A stretch of DNA of 64,000 nucleotides from Octopus bimaculoides (taxonomy: Eukaryota). The position numbers were made by a program, and so were the translations under genes. The stretch is from contig NC_068998.1 in NCBI RefSeq assembly GCF_001194135.2, positions 47,028,463 to 47,092,462 on the forward strand, read 5' to 3'. Below the pieces are notes generated by a model. The model was not told where the DNA came from. It made no database searches and saw nothing but the letters and a program-made list of their open reading frames with translations. This document shows, one piece after another, positions 38,101-48,500 of this stretch (position 1 is its first letter; every line of letters starts with the position of its first letter).

Positions 38101-39965
38101 NNNNNNNNNNNNNNNNNNNNNNNNNNNNNNNNNNNNNNNNNNNNNNNNNNNNNNNNNNNNNNNNNNNNNNNNNNNNNNNNNNNNNNNNNNNNNNNNNNNN
38201 NNNNNNNNNNNNNNNNNNNNNNNNNNNNNNNNNNNNNNNNNNNNNNNNNNNNNNNNNNNNNNNNNNNNNNNNNNNNNNNNNNNNNNNNNNNNNNNNNNNN
38301 NNNNNNNNNNNNNNNNNNNNNNNNNNNNNNNNNNNNNNNNNNNCCAAACACCCAGTTTTAGGTCACATAACACTACAAATGATTAACACATCGACACACA
38401 TTTTTATAGCCTTTAAGTTTTCTGTTTGCTCAGAGGGGAGACAGTGGGGGGGGGGAGAAGGAGGGTGGAAGATATTCTTAAATCAAAGGCCAAAGTGAAC
38501 TCCACCAAAAGTACCCAAGGATCAGGCAATGGATTAAGGCTACAACACCAAGTATAGCCAGGGTGAGATTCGAACTTGGATGCCAGACGGTACAGTATTT
38601 CAAACATAGATGGGTTTCATTTAGTCACAGCAGCCATTACTATTACTAGTATTCACCATTACAGTTACGCATGTACACACACACACACACACATTTCTTG
38701 CTTTGAACTGTTTCCTCTAATAGTCAATATTCACTGTTTAATATTTTAGCCTATGTTGTCTCCATTATCTACAGCTTTCCCCCACCCCACCATCCATTTC
38801 GTTTCTGAGCAGAGGTGGAATCAGGTTTTGCAGGTGATCATCTTTCATTCAGCTGATTATTTAGTCATGAAGATTCGACAAACTCTTTGCCTGCCAGGGA
38901 TGGGGATGCTGAAAAGAGCAGAGTCACATCCCCTTGCAGTGCCTCGGTGTGTCTGGTATTAAAACTGGGGTCCGTAACCACATGGTCAGGTATACAAATT
39001 TAATAAAACGGCAGACTACACTGATGAGCCTGCAGATATTTACTTATGTAAGTATTAACAGATGAAACCATTGGTACGGAGGTTAATCGTTTTTTTATTT
39101 AGTATTTTTTCATTTGTCTTGCCCTTTTATGGTCTGTCATCTCGCTGAACATATTCTTCGTGGTTAGATGATTCGGCATCTATTTCTAGCATATGGGAGT
39201 CCAATTTCACTGGTCATTCCTCTTATTTGTGTATGGTCAGGTGTACAGTTAGTTTTTCTACCATTTAATGATGATGATGATGATGATACAAGCTTCAACA
39301 CAGTTTCCATCAGCCAAATTCACTCACAAAGCATTAGTTGGCTCAGAGGCGCTGAGTTAGAGAAGAAGACACACCTGCTCAAAGTGCTGCATAGTGGGAC
39401 TGAACTTGAAACCAAAAGGTTGCAAAGCAACAGTGTTAACCACACAGCCATGCATGAATCTATAAATTACTATTATAATTATTTTTTTTTGCTCGTCTTC
39501 CAATTTTGGAATTCTTCTTCAACAGAAGTATAAAGAAAGAATTTGGCAAGAACACATGTGAGAGGAGAAGGAAGAGGAGGAAATTGGTAAGTGTTGAAAC
39601 AACTTTACACAAAGATATTAAAATTTCAAAAGAAGAAAGAAAGAAAGAAATTAAATAGCAGTCAAAAAACAAAAAAAAGGGATTTATTTTTCATGCTACC
39701 ACATACTGCCAGAGTGGATACAGCATGTGGTGGGGGTTGGATGGTGGTGACATCGATCACTGACATAATCTTACCCGATGTCGGACTCAAAGACGTGGCT
39801 GATACGAGACTCTGGAATCTTCGGAATGGACCTAACAATAGTTGTTTCGTTGTTGTTGGGTTTGTTTTGTTTTTTTTTTGTTAGTTTTTTTTTTTTTTTG
39901 GTTTTAGAAAGTTAGAAGAAAAAGATGAAATATAATGGTTGAAGATATAAAAAGAATAACGTTAA

Positions 39966-40009
<44 letters not shown>

Positions 40010-40770
40010 CATAATAATAATAATAACAATCCTTTTTACAATTGGCACAAGGTTTGAAATTTTGGGGGAGCGGGGAGAGGGGGGGTCCAGTCAATTTTAT
40101 TGACTTCAGTACTTGGTTGGTTCTTACTTTATCGATCCCAAAAGGACGAAGGACAGAATCAATGCTGGCAGAAATTGGAAACAGAATGCAAAGATGGACA
40201 AAATACTGTGAAACATTTTGTCCAATGTGCTAACGATTTTACCAGTTCATTGTCTAATGATAATAATAATAATAATAATAATGATAATCCTTTCTGCTGT
40301 AAGCACAAGGCCTGAAATTTTGGGGGACGGGACTGGTCGATTATATTGACCCCACTGTTTCACTAGTACTTAATTTATTGACCCTGAAAGGATGAAAGGA
40401 TGAAAGGCACAGTTGACCTCAGCGGAATTTGAACTCAGAATGTTGCAAATACTGCTAACGGCGAAATACTGGTAAGCATTTCATCCAGTCTGCGAATGAT
40501 TCTGCCAACTCGCCGCCTTGATAATAACAATGATAATAATAACAATAATGACTTCAAATTTTGGCACAAGGCCAGCAAGATCAGGGAGGAGATAAGTCAA
40601 TTAAATCAACCCCAGTACGCAACTGGTACTTGTTTTATTGATCCCAGAAGGATAAAAGGCAAAGTCCACCTTGGTAGAATTTCAACACAGAATATAAAGA
40701 CAGACAAAATGCTGCTAAGCATTTTGCATGGCATGCAAACGATTCTGATAGTTTGCCACCTTTATAATAA

Positions 40771-40801
<31 letters not shown>

Positions 40802-43429
40802 GATAATAATAATAGCTAATAACTAATATAAAACAAAGTACACTAGTCAGGGACTGTTTAAAATATTTTCTCTTCATCTTTCATTAATTAATTTTTTTCT
40901 TTACTACATTTATATGAAAAAAAATATTAATACTTATGTAATAGAAAAATATATTTAAAACATGTAAGAGGTATATAATTTAAGATATCCATGATGAGAT
41001 ATTTAAGATAAACTTGACAAGAGATTAAGATATACACGAGAAGAGTATGTCCAAGATAAACATTTGCGAGGTATGTACTTAAGGCATACAGGTGAGCAGT
41101 TACTATCCGTATGATAGAAGTATATCTAAGACATACAATTATGGGATGTATATAAGTAATGCATGTGTGAGAGGTTAAGACAAATGTAAGGGGAATATAC
41201 ATAGGATACAGCTGCACAACCAGCATAAAGAATATTATTATGGTGAGCATGGTTTGTGCAGAGCCAGTCCTACTCACTTGCATTGTGGCCTGGTGGAACA
41301 AGTGCTACAAGCATTGTAATTGTCAGGATGCAGGATTTATACGGAGTTACTTTCTCTTAGATGAGAAGCTAAGGAGCTGAGGGGCCTCATCTTTAAGACA
41401 TCTATCTGAGATGTGTATATTTAAGGATAAAGTCGGGGAAGATGTTTAAGACATTCAAGAGAAGCCATATATATAAGAAACATACCTTCACCAGCTTTTA
41501 GTTTGCGAGCATATACTTTAAGTGTTTTCTTCAATTTTCTGATCTGTTCGGTTTGTTTGCTGACAGTTTCACGTAATTCCTGTATAGAAAGTGAAATGTG
41601 TGTGTATATACAGGCAAAATATAGAGAATGTATATAATGATCCCTTTACAGAGAGAGGACTTAGATAAAGGTGTAACAGTTTGGCCAATACATATGTGTG
41701 TATGCATATTTAAATTTGCATATATATATATATTTAAATGCTTTCCAAAATAAACATGCATTTCATTTATTATGGCTCTGAAGAGGTTATAAAATGCCAC
41801 CCAAGCCCTCAGCTCTGAGTGCAATGCTTCTTAATTATAGTAGAAACAATTGTAAGCTTTTGAAGTTGATTACAAAAAAAATTTGGATTGTTCATATTTT
41901 GAACTCTGATTTAAAAAAAAAAAAATTCGAAAAATTAAAGAAAAATATTTTTTTTTCATAATTGTATGAATTTCCATGTGTAGAACATAAATATGCAAAA
42001 ATGTTCTGAAAATTCCCCAAAATAAAAAAAAAAGTTACAAGGGATTATTATAGAAATCTGCCACAAAATGAACCATGGAGGAGAGACATTTTGTCATCGG
42101 CATCATTGATAATGAAGACAATGGTGGATGCTAATAATCAAGAAAGAGATTCAAGGAAGAACATACCAAGTTCTCTGTTGTGATTCGTATGATATCTTGT
42201 CCCATAGTAACACTGATTTCATCACCGGTTTTAGATGAGAGGTTCTAGAAATGGAAAACGATAAACAAATGATGAGATGAGACAAAGATAATTAAAGCTA
42301 CTAGGATTAAATGCCTGAAATGAGTTGTAATTAAGATCATCATTTCCCAGATTACTAATCAGCTATACGCTGTCTATTTTAACAATATCTATATATTCAT
42401 ACAATTAACCTCATCTTCACAGTGTGTGTATGTGTGTGTACATACATGTATTATTCATTTACAAGAATGGTGCTGATAGTGACTTTGAAGTATAATAAAT
42501 ATGTACTCAACACAAAGTATTGAGTAATATTTCAGTTTAATGTAAAATTGTTGTTGTTATAGCTTGACATAGAAACTTTAGCACACACACACACACACTA
42601 TTATCCCATCTTCACAGTATACTGGTTTGATTTGTGATTACAATCTTGTATTTTATTCCAGGATCTTTAAATGTGATTTCCATCGATTCTCCAAAATGCA
42701 CAAGACACATACAGAAGAGAAATGCAACTGCATTATTTAGTTACATTTGGTACTTAAAAGTGCATGGTATTGACTTCAATGTCAAATGAAAATCTTGGGC
42801 AAGAATAGACCACCTATTCATAGCAATGAAACATGCAGCTTATGTATAGCTGAAAAAAAGGCTAAACTTGAATAACATCAACAGTTTTGGTAATTAATCT
42901 AAACACAAGATTAAGATATCTTACAAAATGTTAATACTTAAAGATTTCAGAAAGCCACACTATCCCTGGGAGAGGTGGGTGGAAGTGCTTGTCCCCCCAC
43001 CCCTTGTAAACATAAGGACACAGGAAACGTGTCATGGCCGACAGGAAGTGGTGCAGCTTCCTAAGTCTAAACAACAGTAGTATTATTCCCTTCATGGGAC
43101 TGTCACATTAAGTTGACAGCATACAACTACTTCAACAAACAAGGATGTTGAAAAGCAAGAGGACATAACTGAGTACCGCAAATACATTGCCTGGTGAAAC
43201 AGATTATTTCATCATGGTCAATTATGACCAGATCCCAACAGCCTCGATTTGCTAAAAATAACATCAAATCTCCCTCAAAACACACTCTAGATTTTTAATA
43301 AGCAGAAATGGCACAAACAATGTTGTCTTCAAATATATTAAACCAAACACAAAAACAAAAGAAAAACAGTTTAATCATGGCTGGGTTGCCTTTGATCATT
43401 GGTCTATTTAACCAAGGCTGACCTGGGGT

Positions 43430-43460
<31 letters not shown>

Positions 43461-46400
43461 AAGCAATCGTGAGGTAAAAGTTTTATAAATTTTGTTTAAC
43501 ACTCAATATAGAAATTATACAAAANNNNNNNNNNTATACACAAGAAACCACACACATACATACATATATATGCACGGACATTATATATATATATATGTAT
43601 ATATATATATACATACATATATATATATACACACATACGTGCATACACACACACACACACAATATTAGTAGACTAGCAGAAATGGTAGAGCATCAGACAA
43701 AAATTCTGTGCAGCATTTGATGATGGCCCCTTATATTCAAAGCTCTTAAGGTCAGTTTTGTTGTCCATCTTTCTACAAGGTCAACAACATTAAAGTGCTT
43801 GATCAAGTACTGGGGTTGATTTAATCATTTATATGCCCAACCTTTACAAAATACAAGGCCCTGTGAATTTACGGCCAACTCATATAAAAGAGTAAAATAA
43901 GAGCCAGTAAGAATAGAAGAACCTAAAAGAAATATAGAGAAATACTATCTTGAAGTCCCTTAAAGTCAGGTGGTGAACAGTATAGAGGAGAAGGGACAAA
44001 GTTGATGATATTGCTTTCAAGGGTCACCATGTACTCTCCTCAGTTTTGTCTATTTTGAGTTTCTGTTTTATTCTCTATGTACTTGCCATACTGTACTCTC
44101 TGAAATTATGAGGGGGTAAAGTCAACTGCAAATGATTTCTTTTATTTGCCACAGTGGCACAGGTGAGGGGGGGGGGTCAGTATAGCTGATTGACTTAATT
44201 AGTATTTTATTTCCTCAATCCCAACAAGGGACGAAAGGTAGAGTCAACACCCCAGGCAGAATTTGAACTCAGAATGTTAAAAAGACATAACGAAAAATGC
44301 CACAAGGCATTTTGTATGCTGCTCTGATGTTACCACCACCCTAAATAACAAGAACAACAAGAACAAGAACAAGAACAACAACAACAACACATTAATAGGT
44401 TCATGCACAGGAAAAAAAAATCAATGTGCGCACATACACACACACACAAAGTCAGTTTGCTGAAAACATCTCGGTGAGGTGAAATAATCTGTGCAGAAAA
44501 TGCACAGCTTGCTGCAATATTGCACTAAACCAATCTAACATGCAGAATTAAACAGCAAAAAAAAAAAAAAAGGTGAGGAGGGTTAAGGTCAGAGGTGAAA
44601 CAAACAGTGTTAGAATGTACACAGTTTACAATAATCCCATGTCTACAACATACAAATCTACCCAAACTCACAAACTACCCGTTTTTTTTCTTTGTCATTG
44701 CAGACAGCAACAATAACAACAACACTTCTGACACCACTGCCTTCGCCTCCACTGAGTTTACTTCTCAATCCTGAGAGATGTTGCCAGAAAATTGTTAGAG
44801 GCTTGCTTAGAAAGCAAGCCATTACATCTGGTGCAAGAAAGAGAGAGAGAGTGAGGATGAGTGGTGCAAATGATACTTTATTTTATCAACCTTGAAAGGA
44901 TGGAAGGAGGCAAAGTTGACCTCGGCAGAATTTGAACTCAGAATGTAAACCCATAAGGACACACTAGATAATGTGGTCTTAGATATACTATATCTAAATA
45001 AAAAGCAGGATGGTCACAGTTGTAATAATTCTCATCATGTGTCATTTGATCTAGGGCAGACCTGGGACAAAATAACACAAAACCTATTAACCATCTTTAG
45101 AGCATATTATTTACTCAGAGTTGTAATTGGGAACTATTTTCTTACACACACATAAGTTTTAAACTAGTGTCATGGTAGGAAAAAATACACAAACAAAAAC
45201 TAAACAACAACAAAAATGGTATAATGATTAATGAAACTACATGCTGACTAATGATTAATCATGCCACATGCTGATTAAGACTGGAAGGACAAAGAGACAG
45301 ACATGTAGCACGATGTAGGTATATACATACTGTTGCAATTGAATTAAGCTGAAATTAAACATCATATAAGATATTATTAAATATGTGAACAAGAAAGAAT
45401 AACAACAACAACAAGAACTACATTATCATAGAAATACAACAGGAACCAAATCTATTCATTGCAATTCATTCTGAAATAATAATAATCTTCTGCAGACTTA
45501 ATAACTGACAAACCATCACTCTTCCTCCTCATCATCATCACCACCACCACCACATCATTTCAAGTTCACTCTTCCATGCTTGCAAAGATTGGATGGAATT
45601 AGTTGAGACAGGTTTTGAATGGCTGGATGCCCTTCCTATTGCCAACCCTCATCTGTTTCCAAGTAAAGTAATATTATGCAGAAGGAAGCAGTTTTGCTGA
45701 TAAAATCATCCCTTGTATGTTACTGGTACTAATCAATTTTAGCAAAATTTTAAATCAATGACCATGGTGGCAAAATTTCATTGTGTTTTTCCGCCAAATA
45801 ATATTTACATTTTCATATATACAGTAAAGAAACATGAATGGATAGCTCAAAACATTGCTACACTCATTTTAATAAAGTGGTTATCTATTCAATAATATAT
45901 AATAATTACAAGATATTACATAATTTAACATTATTGTATAACCACCCCATTTCATCAGGCAATATAAATTCCTTCTTCAGATATCCCTGAAGAAGGAATT
46001 TTATTACAACAATTATTATAGTCCATTGTTTGTATTAAAGCACATTGTTGTGTCATTCAAAATATTTTATTCTTTATAAATTAGTCAGTTGGAATAATCT
46101 AGAATATTTAATTTCTTATTAGAGAGTTAAAGCTGACCAACAAGTAATGGCTAATTGGAGGCCTGTTAATGGAGAACCCTGTGTGCTCAGTATCAAGGTA
46201 TGATATCACTGTATTGATCAGACTATCAGATGTTGTTATACACCACTAGTCACAATATGCTTCCAATCTTTTCTTGATCATGCCCTTTTCCGTCGGGGCC
46301 CAAATAGTTTAACTACACCGTCTCCTCATCGATGTGGAGGTCTTCTCCCAAGTGGCCTTTTCTGATCTTTTGGATGCCAGTCAGCAAATGCACATCCACC

Positions 46401-46784
46401 TGTTGTTTGTGGACTTTGCGAAATGTCCGGGCCAGTGGAACTTATGCTTTCAATTTCTTCAATCACATTCATTCCGCTCCGTTCTTGAATGATCATATTT
46501 TGGATATGCTTTTGCAATGATAAACCTACATAGCAGACATACAAATATGAAAAATTGTACCCATTTCTTCATAGACACACACGCACACACACACACACTT
46601 TATCTTCTCAATGGTCAAACACAGGTTGTTAAAGAAAATGAAACAAAGGAAGTGACCCTTTACCTGGCTGATAACTTGTTTTTGGCGATCATTCTCTTTG
46701 CTAAGTTCCTCGATCTGTTGGCGCAGATCTTGTTCAAGGTGTTTGGATTTCTTCTCAGTTTCCTGCAATTGGTCTTCCAGTAAT
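25759..46784 (-). CDS. MYO5: Unconventional myosin V heavy chain, 3' part (12 exons: distal coiled coil plus globular tail/dilute domain); gene is 5'-incomplete in this window
   Basis: Exons 46664-46784, 42167-42244, 41486-41579, 35613-35759, 34769-34920, 32842-32931, 31970-32120, 30788-30900, 29033-29104, 27780-27865, 27464-27635 and 25759-26004 all have AG/GT boundaries and matching phases (1522 nt = 1 + 507 codons including TGA). The translation carries myosin-V tail motifs recognised from vertebrate MyoVa/b: [49 protein letters not shown] and PVTFPFNPS. Confidence 0.97.
26246..26678 (-). mobile_element. Composite tRNA/CORE-type SINE (family C-D) with an internal (TA/CA)n microsatellite, full length
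   Basis: Sense head GGCGTAGGAGTGGCTGTGTGGTAAG...GGTTCAGTCCCA...TTGGGCAAGTGTCTTC, internal (TA)n, then a second module ending GCTCCAGCATGGCCACAGTCAAAAGACTGAAACAAGTAAAAGAGTAAA. Confidence 0.85.
26812..27089 (+). mobile_element. 3' UTR fragment of the same RTE family with (GAT)n tail
   Basis: GGCACATAAAAGAC...GGCGTTAGGAAGGGCATCCAGCTGTAGAAAC...GGACGTTAAACGATGATG. Confidence 0.88.
27464..27635 (-). CDS. MYO5: Myosin V exon, phase 2->0: [57 protein letters not shown]
   Basis: Acceptor ctttctattctag, donor CAG|gtaagc; dilute-domain core. Confidence 0.97.
27780..27865 (-). CDS. MYO5: Myosin V exon, phase 0->2: [28 protein letters not shown](R)
   Basis: Acceptor ttctctgattgcag, donor AAG|gttcgc; dilute-domain LNNLLLR.DMC.W.KG.QIR. 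Confidence 0.96.
27868..28065. repeat. Minisatellite, about 22-bp unit AATCAGAGAAAATATAATTAAC, about 9 copies, overlapping the acceptor region of exon 27780-27865
   Basis: Direct inspection. Confidence 0.85.
28198..29020. repeat. About 820-bp almost pure-purine (GAA/GAG)n array
   Basis: Direct inspection; pyrimidines occur mainly in recurring GACGAG/GACTAG/GATGAG/GTCGAG units. Confidence 0.95.
29033..29104 (-). CDS. MYO5: Myosin V exon, phase 0->0: [24 protein letters not shown]
   Basis: Acceptor ttgtttatttcag, donor CAG|gttagc; H..DPE.I...V.Q motif. Confidence 0.94.
29145..29364 (-). mobile_element. SINE B copy, diverged
   Basis: Reverse complement has TGGCAGAATCATTAGC and GAGTTCAAATTCC...GTCGACTTTGCCC. 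Confidence 0.7.
29377..30498 (-). mobile_element. 5'-truncated RTE-clade LINE (ORF2 C-terminus, gap, 3' UTR, (GAT)n tail)
   Basis: [88 protein letters not shown]...[10 protein letters not shown] is uninterrupted in the visible part; 3' UTR shared with 26812-27089 and 34145-34306. Confidence 0.9.
30497..30722 (+). mobile_element. Family E partial copy
   Basis: Reverse complement of about 4370-4580; followed by a short TTAGGG-like run. Confidence 0.75.
30788..30900 (-). CDS. MYO5: Myosin V exon, phase 1->0: (V)[37 protein letters not shown]
   Basis: Acceptor cttcttttccag, donor ATT|gtaagt; LEHE.I.G motif followed by the inter-subdomain loop. Confidence 0.94.
31194..31400. repeat. Minisatellite, 27-bp unit ATATCATGTGGTTAGATAAATATAGTG, about 7.5 copies
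   Basis: Direct inspection. Confidence 0.9.
31555..31826 (+). mobile_element. tRNA-derived SINE with CORE-like segment and (GAT)n tail, diverged (family H)
   Basis: CTCAGTGGTTAGGGTGCTGGAC head, TTCTTGAGCAAAACACTTCATTTCAC, and GACTGACAGGCGTCCTGTCCAGG. Confidence 0.6.
31970..32120 (-). CDS. MYO5: Myosin V exon, phase 0->1: [50 protein letters not shown]
   Basis: Acceptor gatctttgtag, donor TTG|gtaaat; QNEHCL.NFDL.EYR motif. Not in the supplied ORF track (no Met). Confidence 0.96.
32842..32931 (-). CDS. MYO5: Myosin V exon, phase 0->0: [30 protein letters not shown]
   Basis: Acceptor tcattacag, donor AAG|gtaggc; WL.N.CRLLH.LKQYSGE motif. Confidence 0.96.
33469..33790 (-). mobile_element. Family E partial copy, diverged
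   Basis: Colinear with 4152-4480. Confidence 0.75.
34145..34306 (+). mobile_element. Short 3' UTR fragment of the same RTE family
   Basis: Two substitutions seen versus 26928-27065. Older diverged tails at about 31040-31095, 31425-31550, 45565-45655, 50940-51005 and 61540-61660. Confidence 0.88.
34769..34920 (-). CDS. MYO5: Myosin V exon, phase 1->0: (D)[50 protein letters not shown]
   Basis: Acceptor ctctgtctag, donor AAG|gtaagg; PGLPAYI.FMC.RH.D motif. Confidence 0.96.
35100..35340 (-). mobile_element. Penelope-like element terminal-repeat remnant next to (TA)n
   Basis: Minus strand CTTTCTGTGAAAGAGCGTAGGCTCGAAACGTTAAAG...CTAATACATCTGT, with a pyrimidine-rich tail into (TA)n; same layout as 7368-7562. 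Confidence 0.55.
35341..35575 (+). pseudogene. Decayed ORF2 fragment of a different RTE-clade LINE
   Basis: [70 protein letters not shown], with in-frame stops; not in the ORF track. Confidence 0.8.
35613..35759 (-). CDS. MYO5: Myosin V exon, phase 1->1: [48 protein letters not shown]
   Basis: Acceptor ttgttccgtttccag, donor TTG|gtaaga; GMLEY...DE..L.KNL marks the start of the globular tail. Confidence 0.94.
36280..37005. repeat. Minisatellite, about 30-bp degenerate unit AGCAACAGATGACTACATCTG(C/T)TAACAAT, interrupted by a SINE segment
   Basis: Direct inspection. Confidence 0.85.
36437..36632 (-). mobile_element. Truncated SINE B segment inside a minisatellite, identical to 40555-40750
   Basis: 196-nt base-for-base match by eye (CAAATTTTGGCAC...GATTCTGATA). 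Confidence 0.85.
37118..37345. repeat. Minisatellite, about 39-bp unit TGTACAGATACATGTGGGAATCATGTGGTCTGGTGTTGG, about 6 copies
   Basis: Direct inspection; explains the paired ORFs at 37086-37355. Confidence 0.8.
39127..39185 (-). CDS. Candidate alternative terminal exon of myosin V, phase 1: (E)[18 protein letters not shown]
   Basis: tgctag acceptor (weak); only the phase-1 frame is open; AATAAA at 39094-39099 downstream of the stop. Confidence 0.35.
39775..39831 (-). CDS. Candidate alternative cassette exon of myosin V, 57 nt, phase 1->1: (G)[18 protein letters not shown]
   Basis: ttgttag acceptor (weak pyrimidine tract), strong donor CGG|gtaaga, length a multiple of 3, open frame, same phase as the host intron (41485-35760), CpG-rich patch in a CpG-poor intron. 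Confidence 0.45.
40029..40762 (-). mobile_element. Head-to-tail array of 3 SINE B copies
   Basis: About 40029-40254, 40287-40519 and 40549-40762, with (AAT)n spacers. Confidence 0.85.
41486..41579 (-). CDS. MYO5: Myosin V exon, phase 0->1: [31 protein letters not shown]
   Basis: Acceptor cactttctatacag, donor AAG|gtatgt; RKLKK.LKV(Y/F)A.K motif of MyoV. Confidence 0.94.
42167..42244 (-). CDS. MYO5: Myosin V exon, phase 0->0: [26 protein letters not shown]
   Basis: Acceptor ttttccatttctag, donor TTG|gtatgt; 26 aa, same length as and aligning to vertebrate [26 protein letters not shown]. Confidence 0.9.
44131..44341 (-). mobile_element. SINE B copy, diverged
   Basis: GGCAGAATTTGAACTCAGAA core and AAAGGTAGAGTCAAC on the plus strand; a further partial copy at about 44872-44948. 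Confidence 0.65.
46326..46508 (-). CDS. Candidate alternative terminal exon of myosin V, phase 0: [60 protein letters not shown]
   Basis: Non-repetitive 60-codon frame with elevated GC, 154 nt downstream of the phase-0 donor at 46663; acceptor tttatcattgcaaaag is weak. Confidence 0.35.
   Translation of the reverse strand, partial: HIQNMIIQERSGMNVIEEIESISSTGPDISQSPQTTGGCAFADWHPKDQKRPLGRRPPHR
46664..46784 (-). CDS. MYO5: Myosin V exon, phase 2->0: (R)[40 protein letters not shown]
   Basis: Acceptor ccattttctacag, donor CAG|gtaaag; coiled coil matching MyoV RLLESQLQ...LKEENNRQQQLLAQ. Confidence 0.93.
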
Positions 46785-47383
46785 CTGTAGAAAATGGAAA
46801 TAGGAAGAAAAATAAATTAACAGAGGATTCCACATGGATCATAACGCTGTGATACCATTATGACAACACTCTGTTATATCATTGCACTGTGGCGTCACAA
46901 TGGTAACACTGCAATATCACGGCTCTGTGGCATCACTTAGAGCAACACTGCACAGTGGCACAGCTGTAGGAACACTGCAACATAATGGCATCAATGCCTG
47001 GATGAAGACAATCAGTTTCTAAATGAATACAATCAGTTTGTAAATGAATACATACATTATGTGTGAGTCTGTGTGTAAATATACACAGAAAGATGTGTGC
47101 ACATTCATTTACACTAAAAAAAAAAATAATCTTGGTGAGAAAGTTACATATATACATAAAAAATTTTCTTTTGATGTTCAAATTCCAATGAAGGAGCCTT
47201 GGATATAAGCTAGAAACCAGCTTTCTCTATTGGCCAGAAATTTTTGAAATAAAACGGAACAATGACATACATATATTTATATGTATGTCATAAACACAAG
47301 ATGACACCTACAAGCTTAACTTGCATCTCACACACATTCAAATATATACATATGAGAGGAAGAGATATGTGTCTGAACATGTG

Positions 47384-47418
<35 letters not shown>

Positions 47419-47487
47419 CTGAATGAGATAACAAATCCAAGGCTGTGAGGAGTTTTCAGGACATTTATAATGAACTAGTCTTACAGC

Positions 47488-47521
<34 letters not shown>

Positions 47522-48032
47522 CATATGTACACATATGCTTATAAAAATATGTATAATATAAACAGGTATGTATGTAACACTTGAGACCACATCTACATGT
47601 TTAATTAGAGTCACTCACACACACTGGTACATATAAAATAAAATCAAAATTAGGTAGAACAAGGACAATGGAGTAAATTAGCAGTTTCCCTTGGGCATTT
47701 CGAAAATGAAAGTAAATATATTTGAAATAAAATGGAAACAGGTAAGTGAATAAAGTAATTAAATAACACGAGAACAGAACAGTTTTGTTAATAAATATGA
47801 ACTGTTGAGTCATATATATAGATATATATATATACGTGTGTGTGTGTGTATGTGGAGACAGAAGGAGAGAGAGAAAATAAATAACAAAAGACAAAATCAA
47901 ATATAAAAATAACAAGAGACAGTATAACACAAATCAACAGATAAACAATCTGTTCCATCAATGAAGGGATATTGTGATTAAACATTGTAGCAAGACCATA
48001 GAATCCATTCTTCTGCCTTTATTATTCTCATT

Positions 48033-48500
48033 GAGGTGCCAAGCTGGCAGAATCGGTAGCATGCCAGGAAAAATGTTCAGTGGCATTTTGTCCACCCTTA
48101 CGTTCTGAGTTCAAATTCCACCGAGGTCGACTTTGCCTTTTATCCTTTTAGGGTCAATAAATTAAGTACCAGTGAAACACTGGGGTTGATGTAATCGATT
48201 GGTCCCCTACCCCAAAATTTCAGGCCTTATGTCATTAATAAATAAGCTTATTATTATTATCATTATTATTTATTTCTTTACTGTCCACAGGGGGCTAAAC
48301 ATAGAGGGGACAAACAAGGACAGACAAAGGGGTTAAGTCGATTACATTGACCCCAGTGTTCCATTGGTACTTCTTTAATCGATCCCGAAAGGATGAAAGG
48401 CAAAGTCGATCTCGGCGGAAATTGAACTCCGAACGTAGCGATGGTCAAAATATTGCTAAGCATTTCGCCCCGCATGCTAACGATTCTGCCACCTCGCTGC
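48033..48500. mobile_element. Two convergent (tail-to-tail) SINE B copies; the minus copy has a different 3' module
   Basis: Plus copy about 48033-48240; minus copy about 48280-48500 ending CCCTTTGTCTGTCCTTGTTTGTCCCCTCTATGTTTAGCCCCCTGTGGACAG. Confidence 0.8.
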
